Shown here: positions 10,821 through 18,340 of the stretch, piece after piece
Position numbering within the stretch: position 1 is the stretch's first letter
Layout: the number at the start of each line of letters is the position of its first letter
Assembly: GCA_037190965.1 (NCBI GenBank)
Contig: JBBCKI010000048.1
Location: 10,297-74,296, forward strand
DNA: 64,000 bases
From: Chthoniobacteraceae bacterium
Lineage (GTDB): Bacteria; Verrucomicrobiota; Verrucomicrobiia; Chthoniobacterales; Chthoniobacteraceae
Direction: 5' to 3'
Notes under the pieces: model-generated
What the model saw: only the letters and a program-made list of their open reading frames with translations
Told to the model about the DNA's origin: nothing
The model's database searches: none
Position numbers and translations under genes: made by a program

Positions 10821-10919
10821 GGCATCGCGGAGTTCCGCCCTCCGATGATCGCGCGGGAAAGCGTCAGGCAAAATTGGCGCGGCAGCGCCCCTCGACGGAG
10901 GGCGAAGCTCTGCGACGCC
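10821..10919. repeat. Palindromic intergenic repeat, family C copy 1
   Basis: The inverted arms ggcatcgcggagttccgccctcc (10821-10843) and ggagggcgaagctctgcgacgcc (10897-10919) match at 19 of 23 positions. The same arms occur at 49503-49615. The element lies just downstream of the guaB stop. Confidence 0.8.
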
Positions 10920-10961
10920 GTGAACGCCGCAGGCGCTTGCCCTTGCCTTTCTCCTCAGCGG

Positions 10962-12536
10962 CTACCCGCCCACATTATTCCCCGTCTTGACCTCAATGAC
11001 ATCGTGCGTTCCCGATTCCCGCTGGCCTGCCGGGGTGACGCGGATGTAGCGCGCTTTCTCCCGCAACTGCGGCAACGTGGCGGCACCGAGGTAACCCATG
11101 CCGGACTGGATGCCCCCCACGAGTTGCGTGAGCACGGTGTCGATGGAAGCGGAAACCTCCTTGAGCGCCTCGACCCCTTCGGCCGCAACCTTCCGGGTGG
11201 TGTCGTTCTTTGAATGCCCGTAACGAGCGGCGGACCCTGCCTGCATCGCCGCGAGGCTACCCATGCCGCGATACTGTTTATAAAGCTTCCCGTTAATCTC
11301 CATGATCTGCCCGGGCGCTTCCGGGCAACCGGCCAGAAGGCCGCCACAGATCACCGCGTCAGCCAATGTCAACGCCTTCACGATGTCGCCGGATTTAGTG
11401 ACGCCGCCGTCGGCGATAATCCGCACCCCCTTTTTCTTCGCTTCCAAGGAGGCCACGTAAAGGGCGGTCAACTGGGGAATCCCCACCCCCGCGACGATTC
11501 GCGTGGTGCAGATGGACCCCGGGCCCTGCCCGACTTTGATCGCGCTGGCGCCGCACTCGGCCAGGAATTCAACCCCCGCGCCGCTGGTCACGTTCCCCGC
11601 GATAATGGGGAGATCCGGGTAAGTCTCGCGCACCAGGCGCACCGTCTCCCCAACCCCCTTGCTGTGGCCGTGCGCCGTCGAGACGGCGATGACATCCGCG
11701 CCGCGCTCCACCAATGCCCCGACATGCGCGCGGATGCGCTCCTTGTCGAGTTCGCCGGTGGAACTCCGCGTTGCGGAGACGGCAGCCCCGCAAACGAGGC
11801 GAAACTTGCTGTCGCGCGCCGGTTTTAACTGCGCGCTGTGCTCCTGCGTGATCCTCTCCACGTCGCTTAACGTAAAGAGACCGCGCAGGCGGTCCTCCCC
11901 ATCGACGACCAGGAGCTTGTGAATCCCGAGGTGTTCGGTGAAAAAGCGATCCGCTCGCGCGATCGGGTCATCGCCCAATTCATCGTGACGGAGGGTGTGC
12001 AGCGCGGAGCGCGGCGTCATCGCCTCGCTCACCAGTTTGGAGGCGTACCGTTGCTTGAGAACATGCCCCGGCAGCAGGCCCAGAAGCCGGTCGTGATCGT
12101 CCACCACCGGGAAGGTGCTGAAGGAAAAACGCTTCTCCTCGATCCGTTGCAGCACATCGCCGATGTATTGCCCGGGGGCGACCTTGATCGGCTCCTGAAT
12201 CAGCCCATGCACATGGTTTTTGACCCTACTGACCTCCGAGAGCTGCTGGCGCTCGGGCATGTTATAGTGGATCAAGCCAAGCCCGCCGCTCAGCGCCATC
12301 GAAATCGCCATTCGCGACTCGGTGACGGTGTCCATATCGGCGGAAACAATCGGGATCTTGAGCCGAAGCGAATCAGCCAGCGTGGTTTCGAGGTTCGCGT
12401 CGCGCGGCAGAACGTCGGAGTAGAGAGTCGCCAGCGAGACGTCGTCGTAGGTGAGGCCGACGCTGGAATTGTCGGCGAAAAATTCGGTGGCCGCTTTGTA
12501 GAATGCGGCGTCAGCGGAGGCGCGCACGGATGTCAT
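10962..12536 (-). CDS. guaB: IMP dehydrogenase (with CBS pair)
   Basis: The 524-aa ORF has the catalytic loop [21 protein letters not shown], the segment [17 protein letters not shown], and an internal CBS region. Confidence 0.95.
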   Translation of the reverse strand: MTSVRASADAAFYKAATEFFADNSSVGLTYDDVSLATLYSDVLPRDANLETTLADSLRLKIPIVSADMDTVTESRMAISMALSGGLGLIHYNMPERQQLSEVSRVKNHVHGLIQEPIKVAPGQYIGDVLQRIEEKRFSFSTFPVVDDHDRLLGLLPGHVLKQRYASKLVSEAMTPRSALHTLRHDELGDDPIARADRFFTEHLGIHKLLVVDGEDRLRGLFTLSDVERITQEHSAQLKPARDSKFRLVCGAAVSATRSSTGELDKERIRAHVGALVERGADVIAVSTAHGHSKGVGETVRLVRETYPDLPIIAGNVTSGAGVEFLAECGASAIKVGQGPGSICTTRIVAGVGIPQLTALYVASLEAKKKGVRIIADGGVTKSGDIVKALTLADAVICGGLLAGCPEAPGQIMEINGKLYKQYRGMGSLAAMQAGSAARYGHSKNDTTRKVAAEGVEALKEVSASIDTVLTQLVGGIQSGMGYLGAATLPQLREKARYIRVTPAGQRESGTHDVIEVKTGNNVGG

Positions 12537-12573
12537 GGCCTACAATGAAGGAGATTATCGCACCCTTGCAAGC

Positions 12574-12813
12574 TCACAAAGCGGGGAAGTGATCGCGCTC
12601 GTTCAGGCTTCCGCAACGAGGGCATCGGGGGAGCGGCTCCTCAGTCGGGTCCTCAAACTCGAACGCGCAAAGACTGCACCGAACACGATGCCGCAACGCC
12701 AGCCGCTCGCGGCGCTGCCGCTTCCACCCTCCCCAGATCCAAAGCCCGAACACCACGCTCAGGAAGAGAAAGAGATAGATGAAAATAAGGGTGGTAAGGC
12801 TGACCCGGATCAT
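12574..12813 (-). CDS. Small membrane-anchored zinc-ribbon protein
   Basis: The 79-aa ORF has an N-terminal TM helix (LTTLIFIYLFLFLSVVFGLWIWGGW) followed by CSLC-x15-CPRC. Its start overlaps the stop of the upstream gene by 4 nt. Confidence 0.6.
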   Translation of the reverse strand: MIRVSLTTLIFIYLFLFLSVVFGLWIWGGWKRQRRERLALRHRVRCSLCAFEFEDPTEEPLPRCPRCGSLNERDHFPAL

Positions 12814-13601
12814 GGAGCGGTGGAAGATGAGGTCGAGGGGATTGGAGCCGCGAAAGCGTCCGCCCCCCAGGTAAACGTGGCGAATCCCCAGACCACCTCG
12901 GGCGCTCCTTCCTGCCGGGAAAATTCGTGCCGCAGAAGAATCCTCTCGGCTTCCTCATCCAGCGCGCGGCTCCCGGAGCTTGCCTGCAAGAAGGTATAAA
13001 GGATCTCCCCCCGGTCGCCGATGCCGATCAGAAACACACTGGGCAGGAGACTTCCCTCGGCCCGGGTGGCAACGGCCATCGGCTCCCGCTTCCCGGCATC
13101 GCGCTGCTGCAATGCTTCGGAAAAAGTCAGTAAAGAAGGGGCCGCGCCCCGGGGTGTTTCGCGCGCGGCGGTCACCGGAGCCAAAAGCGTGAGCGGATCG
13201 TAGGCAGGCGGGTAAAAAGTAGACTCCGCCGCCGGTTCCGCCGGTTTCGGAAGCGTCTGCACCGTGGCGTAAGAGGGCAAATAGGCAATCTCCCCGAGCC
13301 CGGCAGGCAATGTCTCCTGAAGGCGCGGCGCCTTTGCGGGGTCCTGCGAATCGATCCACTCCAGCAATGCGGCATTGGCCGGAGAGGAAGGAGTGATCAA
13401 CGTCACCGATGCCGCAGGCGGCATCGTCGATGCCACGGGAGGGTAAACCACCTGAAACCCGTAAAAAGTCAGCGCATGCACCCCTACCGCGAGGACGAAC
13501 AAAAGCGGGAGCACAAACGAGGCATTCCGCTCCGGCCACTGGAAAATCAAGCGCCCTCGGGCCAATGGCGGAGGCGGCGATGAAGGGGATGACGGGGTCA
13601 T
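12810..13601 (-). CDS. TonB-like energy-transducer candidate
   Basis: The 263-aa ORF lies directly after exbD with overlapping stop and start. It has an N-terminal TM anchor, a Pro/Ala-rich middle region and a small C-terminal alpha/beta segment. No canonical TonB motif was verified. Confidence 0.5.
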   Translation of the reverse strand: MTPSSPSSPPPPLARGRLIFQWPERNASFVLPLLFVLAVGVHALTFYGFQVVYPPVASTMPPAASVTLITPSSPANAALLEWIDSQDPAKAPRLQETLPAGLGEIAYLPSYATVQTLPKPAEPAAESTFYPPAYDPLTLLAPVTAARETPRGAAPSLLTFSEALQQRDAGKREPMAVATRAEGSLLPSVFLIGIGDRGEILYTFLQASSGSRALDEEAERILLRHEFSRQEGAPEVVWGFATFTWGADAFAAPIPSTSSSTAP

Positions 13602-14011
13602 CGCTTCAGGGGCTGGGGAGCACTGGCGGCGATGGCCACGGAGAACCCGCGCTGCAGGCCGATGTTCATCACCTGGGTAACGATTTCATGGGGAGCGGAG
13701 CGATCCGCCCGGATAATGAGCGAGCGTTCCTTGATCCCGGCCTCGGAAAGCATTTCGTCGAGCTCCTGGGGCGTCACCTTTTTCTCCTGAAAGTAAATCA
13801 CCGGCACCGCCCCGGAGGCGATGCTGACAATCTGCGGATTCCGTTGCGGGCCGAGCACAAACGAAGTGAACGGCGGCGTGATGGAAATCCCCGGCTGCGA
13901 AACGAACGTCCCGCTCAACGTGACAAACGCCAGCACCAGCACCAGCACGTTCACCAACGGAACGAGAATGATATTCTGGGGGTTATGCCCGACGCTCCGG
14001 TGCAGTTTCAC
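13598..14011 (-). CDS. exbD: ExbD/TolR family biopolymer transport protein
   Basis: The 137-aa ORF has an N-terminal TM helix (VPLVNVLVLVLAFVTL) and ExbD-like periplasmic domain patterns. Confidence 0.85.
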   Translation of the reverse strand: MKLHRSVGHNPQNIILVPLVNVLVLVLAFVTLSGTFVSQPGISITPPFTSFVLGPQRNPQIVSIASGAVPVIYFQEKKVTPQELDEMLSEAGIKERSLIIRADRSAPHEIVTQVMNIGLQRGFSVAIAASAPQPLKR

Positions 14012-14023
14012 GAGATAAACCTT

Positions 14024-14692
14024 CTATTCCGCCACCAACGCGGCGGGATGGCGCGTGTCAAAGTCGATGATTCCATCCGCTTCGGGCGCTTTCTCGGTGA
14101 TCAGGTTCACGATCTCAATGCCACCGCGCTCCATGTCATGGATCAGAGAGTTCACCCGCGAGGAGAGAAAGGCGTACGCCAGCGAAGTCGGAATCGCGAC
14201 GACCAGCCCCGCCGCCGTCGTGAGCAGGCTTTTGTAGATCCCGGCGGAAACATCCATCGAAGTCGCCGACCCGGCCTGGCTGGAGAGCGCGACAAACGCG
14301 TCGATCAGCCCGGTGACCGTCCCGAGCAACCCCACGAGAGGAGCGACATAGGCGATGGTCGCCAGCATCGGGAGGAAACGCTCCAGCTTGGGCACCTCGA
14401 GTTGCCCGGCCTCCTGCACAATCTCCTTGAGTTCCGGGCGTCTGGCGTCGTGCCGGATAATCGCGGCGTGAATCACCCGCGCCACCGGCCCGGGCGTCCC
14501 CGCGCTTTCATGGAGAGCCTCGGCAAAATTGCGTCGCCCGATCAGATTGGCCAGCCCCCGAAGAAATTCGCCCACGCGGATCGTCGCACGGTGGTAGTAC
14601 ACCAGGCGTTCGAAAAAGAGAGTGATGGAGAGGATGCTGAGGAGCAACAGGAGCCACATCAGGGGCCCGCCCTTCTGCATATAGTCGATCAT
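14024..14692 (-). CDS. exbB: MotA/TolQ/ExbB proton-channel protein
   Basis: The 222-aa ORF has three TM segments and the conserved ATIAYVAPLVGLLGTVTGLI region. Confidence 0.88.
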   Translation of the reverse strand: MIDYMQKGGPLMWLLLLLSILSITLFFERLVYYHRATIRVGEFLRGLANLIGRRNFAEALHESAGTPGPVARVIHAAIIRHDARRPELKEIVQEAGQLEVPKLERFLPMLATIAYVAPLVGLLGTVTGLIDAFVALSSQAGSATSMDVSAGIYKSLLTTAAGLVVAIPTSLAYAFLSSRVNSLIHDMERGGIEIVNLITEKAPEADGIIDFDTRHPAALVAE

Positions 14693-14741
14693 GGAAGGAG
14701 TTTATACCCCCTGTTTTTGGCAATTGCAACGCAGGGATGCA

Positions 14742-14901
14742 GGGGGGGCAGCACAGGTAGTCCGCTCGCGCCGTCGAGCGCGGGCATCGCCTCCTGTGGC
14801 CCTGAAGGTCAATCCACAATTCAAAAAGCCTGTCCTGCGGGGATGGACGCAAAACGCGACTCTGGAAACGCATCCCGCGCTCGCGGCGAGAGCGGGCTAC
14901 C
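14742..14901 (+). repeat. MITE-like interspersed repeat, family A copy 1
   Basis: The 146-bp core (14756-14901) is bounded by roughly 29-bp terminal inverted repeats, ggtagtccgctcgcgccgtcgagcgcggg and cccgcgctcgcggcgagagcgggctacc. It contains the conserved internal box cctgtcctgcggggatggacgcaaaacgcgactc. It is preceded by G7 and gcagcac. Confidence 0.85.
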
Positions 14902-15005
14902 TGGCCGGTCCTTCAATTCGGTCACTTTTCCGTCCTGCGCCGAGAGGGAGATCGGAAGAACTCTTGCAAAACCGGGAATCTCCCCGGAGGCTGGGGCGTC
15001 TTATC

Positions 15006-16055
15006 ATGCCATCCATCCGCGAAATCATCCCCGCCCATCGCCCCCTGCTCATCCTGGCGCCGATGCAGGATGTAACCGACCTCCCCTTCTGGCGGGTGAT
15101 GCACCGGTACGGCGGCGCGGATCTTTATTATACGGAGTATTTCCGCGTCCACCGGGATTCCCAGCCCGAACGGCATATTCTGGCCGACATCGAAGGCAAC
15201 CCGACGGGCCGTCCCGTCATCGCCCAGATGATCGGGCAAGACATTCCCGCCCTGCTGCGAACCGCCGAGGCTCTCCAGAAGCGGAACATTCTCGGCATCG
15301 ACCTCAACCTCGGTTGCCCCGCCCCCATCGTCTGCAAAAAGAACGCGGGCGGCGGGCTGCTCAAACACCCCGAGCAGATCGACGAGATTCTCGCCGCGCT
15401 CCGGCCCGCGATCAGCCTGCAATTCACGGTAAAGACCCGCATCGGCTACGACGACCCGTCGGAGTTTGACCGGGTATTAGAGATTTTCGCCAAGCATCGC
15501 GTCGACGCCTTCACCGTCCATGGTCGAACCGTGCGGGAGATGTACCGGACGCGTGTTCACCTCGACCGGATCCGCCAGGCGGTGGAACGGCTCGATGCGC
15601 CGGTGTTCGCAAACGGCAATGTCCTCTCCGTCGGCTTGGCCCGGGAAACGCTCGCCCAAACGGGCGCCGCCGGGCTGATGATGGGGCGCGGAGCCATTCG
15701 CAACCCGTGGCTCTTCCAGCAAATTCGAGACGACGCCGAGGGGCGGCCCGTCTTCCAACCGACGCTCCGCGATCTGCGCGGCTACATCGACATCCTTTAC
15801 AAGGAGACGCGCCTGCCGCACCTCAACGAAGCCGCCAGCGTCTCCAAGATGAAGAAATATATGAACTTCATCGGCCAGGGGATCGGGCCCGAAGAGGCGT
15901 TCCTGCACTCCATTCGCCGCGCCACGACGGAACTGGAGTTCTTCGGTCTCTGCGATCAATACCTCAACACCGACGAACCATTTCCGGCGGAGCCGTCGCA
16001 GCGGGCACTGATCTGCACCCGCAGCGAACGACTGCCAGGCGCGATGGCCGGCTAA
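15006..16055 (+). CDS. dus: tRNA-dihydrouridine synthase
   Basis: I placed the start at MPSIREIIPAHRPLLILAPMQDVTD. The Dus motif DLNLGCPAPIV...AGGGLL is present. The track ORF (from 14691) reads through repeat A1 and is not credible upstream of 15006. Confidence 0.88.
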   Translation: MPSIREIIPAHRPLLILAPMQDVTDLPFWRVMHRYGGADLYYTEYFRVHRDSQPERHILADIEGNPTGRPVIAQMIGQDIPALLRTAEALQKRNILGIDLNLGCPAPIVCKKNAGGGLLKHPEQIDEILAALRPAISLQFTVKTRIGYDDPSEFDRVLEIFAKHRVDAFTVHGRTVREMYRTRVHLDRIRQAVERLDAPVFANGNVLSVGLARETLAQTGAAGLMMGRGAIRNPWLFQQIRDDAEGRPVFQPTLRDLRGYIDILYKETRLPHLNEAASVSKMKKYMNFIGQGIGPEEAFLHSIRRATTELEFFGLCDQYLNTDEPFPAEPSQRALICTRSERLPGAMAG

Positions 16056-16084
16056 ACCGGCTCGACCAGCGCGCCCGCAAAAAA

Positions 16085-16489
16085 TTACGAAGCGTAGTGG
16101 AACACCACGGGCTTTTCCACCTCGGGATGGAGGCTCTGATGGACCGGGCAGGTCAACGCGGCGCGCTCCAGCGGCTCGCTCTTTTCGACGCCTGCGGGGA
16201 ACCAGATTTCCGTGATGAGACGGGCGATCCGGCGCGGCGGCGTCTGCGTCATTTCCTTGGAAACCTCGATCCGCATCCCGCGCAAATCGATCTCGTGCCG
16301 CGCGGCATAGATCCCCATGACGGTCGCCATGCACGCTCCCATCCCGGTGGCAACCAAGTCGGTCGGCGAAAAGGACTCACCCCGCCCGTGGTTGTCAACC
16401 GGTGCGTCGGTTTCCAAAACCCGGCCGGACGGGCCGTGCGTGGCGGTACAATGAAGATCGCCGCCGTATTCGATGCCAATTTTTACCAT
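16085..16489 (-). CDS. OsmC/Ohr family protein
   Basis: The 134-aa ORF contains FSPTDLVATGMGACMATVM and a C-terminal ALTCPVHQSL, the OsmC family cysteine motifs. Confidence 0.85.
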   Translation of the reverse strand: MVKIGIEYGGDLHCTATHGPSGRVLETDAPVDNHGRGESFSPTDLVATGMGACMATVMGIYAARHEIDLRGMRIEVSKEMTQTPPRRIARLITEIWFPAGVEKSEPLERAALTCPVHQSLHPEVEKPVVFHYAS

Positions 16490-16552
16490 GGGCGATTCTA
16501 AACCCGAAAGCGGAAAGAGGCGCGAGAGGAATTGTGAACGGCCGTCGCGTTA

Positions 16553-17365
16553 TCAATGCGTCGCACCCTGCCAACCGTCGCCACACGGTCCGCCGCCATC
16601 CGCTGCCGGGACATGGCTGACCACTTCCCCCCGCATATTGAAGATGGGGTGGTAAAACTTGGAAATTTGCTCGGATGCGTCGTCGATATAATGGCCGATA
16701 AACGTCCTCCGGGAACGATCTGTCGTGCGGTTCGGGCCGGAACCGTGAATCAGATTACCGCCAAAGAACATCGTTTCCCCCCGTTTCACCGGAACCGCCA
16801 CCGGCTTTTCGTCGCGTGGAAACTTGGTGATATGGCTATCTCCGTAGTTCAGCCAGCGCTCCGCCCCCTCCTCGGGACAATAGATCCCCCTTTGATGGGA
16901 ACGGGGGACGACCCAGAGGCAGCCGTTATTGACGTCCGCGCTGTCGATGGCCGTCCACGCCGCGATGCAGGTCGCGGGCTTTGCAAGAAGATAGAAGTTG
17001 TCCTGATGCATCCCCTGCCCCTTCGCGCCCGGCGGCTTGTAATAATACATCGTCTGCGCCCCGAGCGCGGGCTTGCCCAGCAACCGCTCCAGGACGGCGG
17101 CCACCTTCGGGTTTACCAGCCACTCCAGCGCCTTGCGGCTGTAATGATGCGGATGCATGGCGCGCAACTGCCGCTGGGAAGGGTCAATCTCCTCGTACCC
17201 ATTCCCCCCATCGAAGACCTTCCCACCGACATGGCGGTATTCTTCGAAGAAATTCTCGATTTCCTGAAGCTCCGTTTCCGAAAAGAGACCGGAAACCACG
17301 CAATAGCCGAGTTCGGCAAACTGCGTCTCTTGAGCTGAATCCAGAGAACCCAATAGCGATGTCAT
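16553..17365 (-). CDS. Phytanoyl-CoA dioxygenase (PhyH) family Fe(II)/2-OG oxygenase
   Basis: The 270-aa ORF has the GMHQDNFY (HxD) motif and a distal NLIHGSGPN. Confidence 0.85.
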   Translation of the reverse strand: MTSLLGSLDSAQETQFAELGYCVVSGLFSETELQEIENFFEEYRHVGGKVFDGGNGYEEIDPSQRQLRAMHPHHYSRKALEWLVNPKVAAVLERLLGKPALGAQTMYYYKPPGAKGQGMHQDNFYLLAKPATCIAAWTAIDSADVNNGCLWVVPRSHQRGIYCPEEGAERWLNYGDSHITKFPRDEKPVAVPVKRGETMFFGGNLIHGSGPNRTTDRSRRTFIGHYIDDASEQISKFYHPIFNMRGEVVSHVPAADGGGPCGDGWQGATH

Positions 17366-17440
17366 ATGGCCTCAATGATGCCGGACGCGCCCGAAAAAGA
17401 GAATGGAACCCCCTCTCATAGACCTGTAATATCTTCCTGC

Positions 17441-18280
17441 ATGAGCTATCGGAACGCCACACCCCACCTCCCCGTCAGGGAACTCTACTGCGACGAATTC
17501 CGACGCGGCCCCCGTTACACCAACTGGCGGCCCGGCGGCAGTGGCGACTGGCTCCTGATCTACACGGAGGGCGGCAGCGGGCGGTTTGCTTCCCCATCAG
17601 GCCCGCTCGATACTCAGCCGGGAGACGCCGTTCTCTACGCCCCGCAAGATTCGCAGGACTACAGCACTGCCCCGGGAACGAGCGAATGGCATCTTCTCTG
17701 GGTCCACTTCACCCCGAAACCGCATTGGCACGCCTTGCTCCATTGGCCCGCTGGCCCGGGCGGAATCCGCCTTCTCCAGTTGGAAAACGGCGAAGTGCGC
17801 GAGCAGTTCCGCCTCTCCATGCGCCGGATGCACAAACTCTATCGGCGCGAAATCCCCGGCGCATTCGAACTTGCCGCCAACGCTCTGGAAGGAGCGCTGC
17901 TCTGGGCCGGTGTTTCCGCCTCCCGCGAACCGTGGCTGACCATGGACGCGCGGGTGAGAAAAGCGGTGGATCACCTCATCGCGCACCTGCGGGAACCGTT
18001 CGCGCTCGGGGATCTCGCGGCGCACTGCGGCCTCTCCGTCTCACGCCTTGCCGCGCTCTTCAAACAGGAGACCGGCACCTCCCCCCAGCAGTTTCTGGAA
18101 CGCCACCGGATGCAGCACGCCTCCCAACTCCTGCGCCTCACCAGCCTCACCATCGCGGAGATCGCCACTGAAGTCGGCTTTGAAGACCCCTTCTACTTCA
18201 CCAACCGCTTTCGCCGCTATGCGGGAACAAGCCCTTCACACTTTCGGGCAAACGGCCCCAACCCGTCCACAAACAAATAA
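17441..18280 (+). CDS. AraC family transcriptional regulator
   Basis: The protein has a cupin-like N-terminal domain and a C-terminal AraC HTH (IAEIATEVGFEDPFYFTNRFRRYAGTSP). I chose the ATG at 17441 so that a 75-bp divergent region is left with PhyH. The track begins at 17366. Confidence 0.85.
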   Translation: MSYRNATPHLPVRELYCDEFRRGPRYTNWRPGGSGDWLLIYTEGGSGRFASPSGPLDTQPGDAVLYAPQDSQDYSTAPGTSEWHLLWVHFTPKPHWHALLHWPAGPGGIRLLQLENGEVREQFRLSMRRMHKLYRREIPGAFELAANALEGALLWAGVSASREPWLTMDARVRKAVDHLIAHLREPFALGDLAAHCGLSVSRLAALFKQETGTSPQQFLERHRMQHASQLLRLTSLTIAEIATEVGFEDPFYFTNRFRRYAGTSPSHFRANGPNPSTNK

Positions 18281-18311
18281 AAAGCGGGGCAAGCCGGAAG
18301 GCTCGCCCCGC
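18271..18311 (-). terminator. Rho-independent terminator of adhesin paralog 1 (shared convergent site with araC)
   Basis: On the minus strand the RNA reads gcggggcgagcc-uucc-ggcuugccccgc followed by uuuuuauuuguuu. A paralogous copy lies at 21565-21603. Confidence 0.8.
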
Positions 18312-18340
18312 ATTACAAAACGCTTAATCTCTCGCGAAGC

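Noticed and set aside
14691-15005. A long N-terminal extension of dus, and similar ORFs crossing repeats (35354-35833, 44919-45170, 45084-45479, 32875-33198, 52508-53017 and 10749-11213).
   Set aside because: These frames are open only because they traverse GC-rich family A, B or C repeats. Their recurring pseudo-peptides (…PAGMDAKRDS…, …GSVLECGGFP…) are repeat translations, not proteins.
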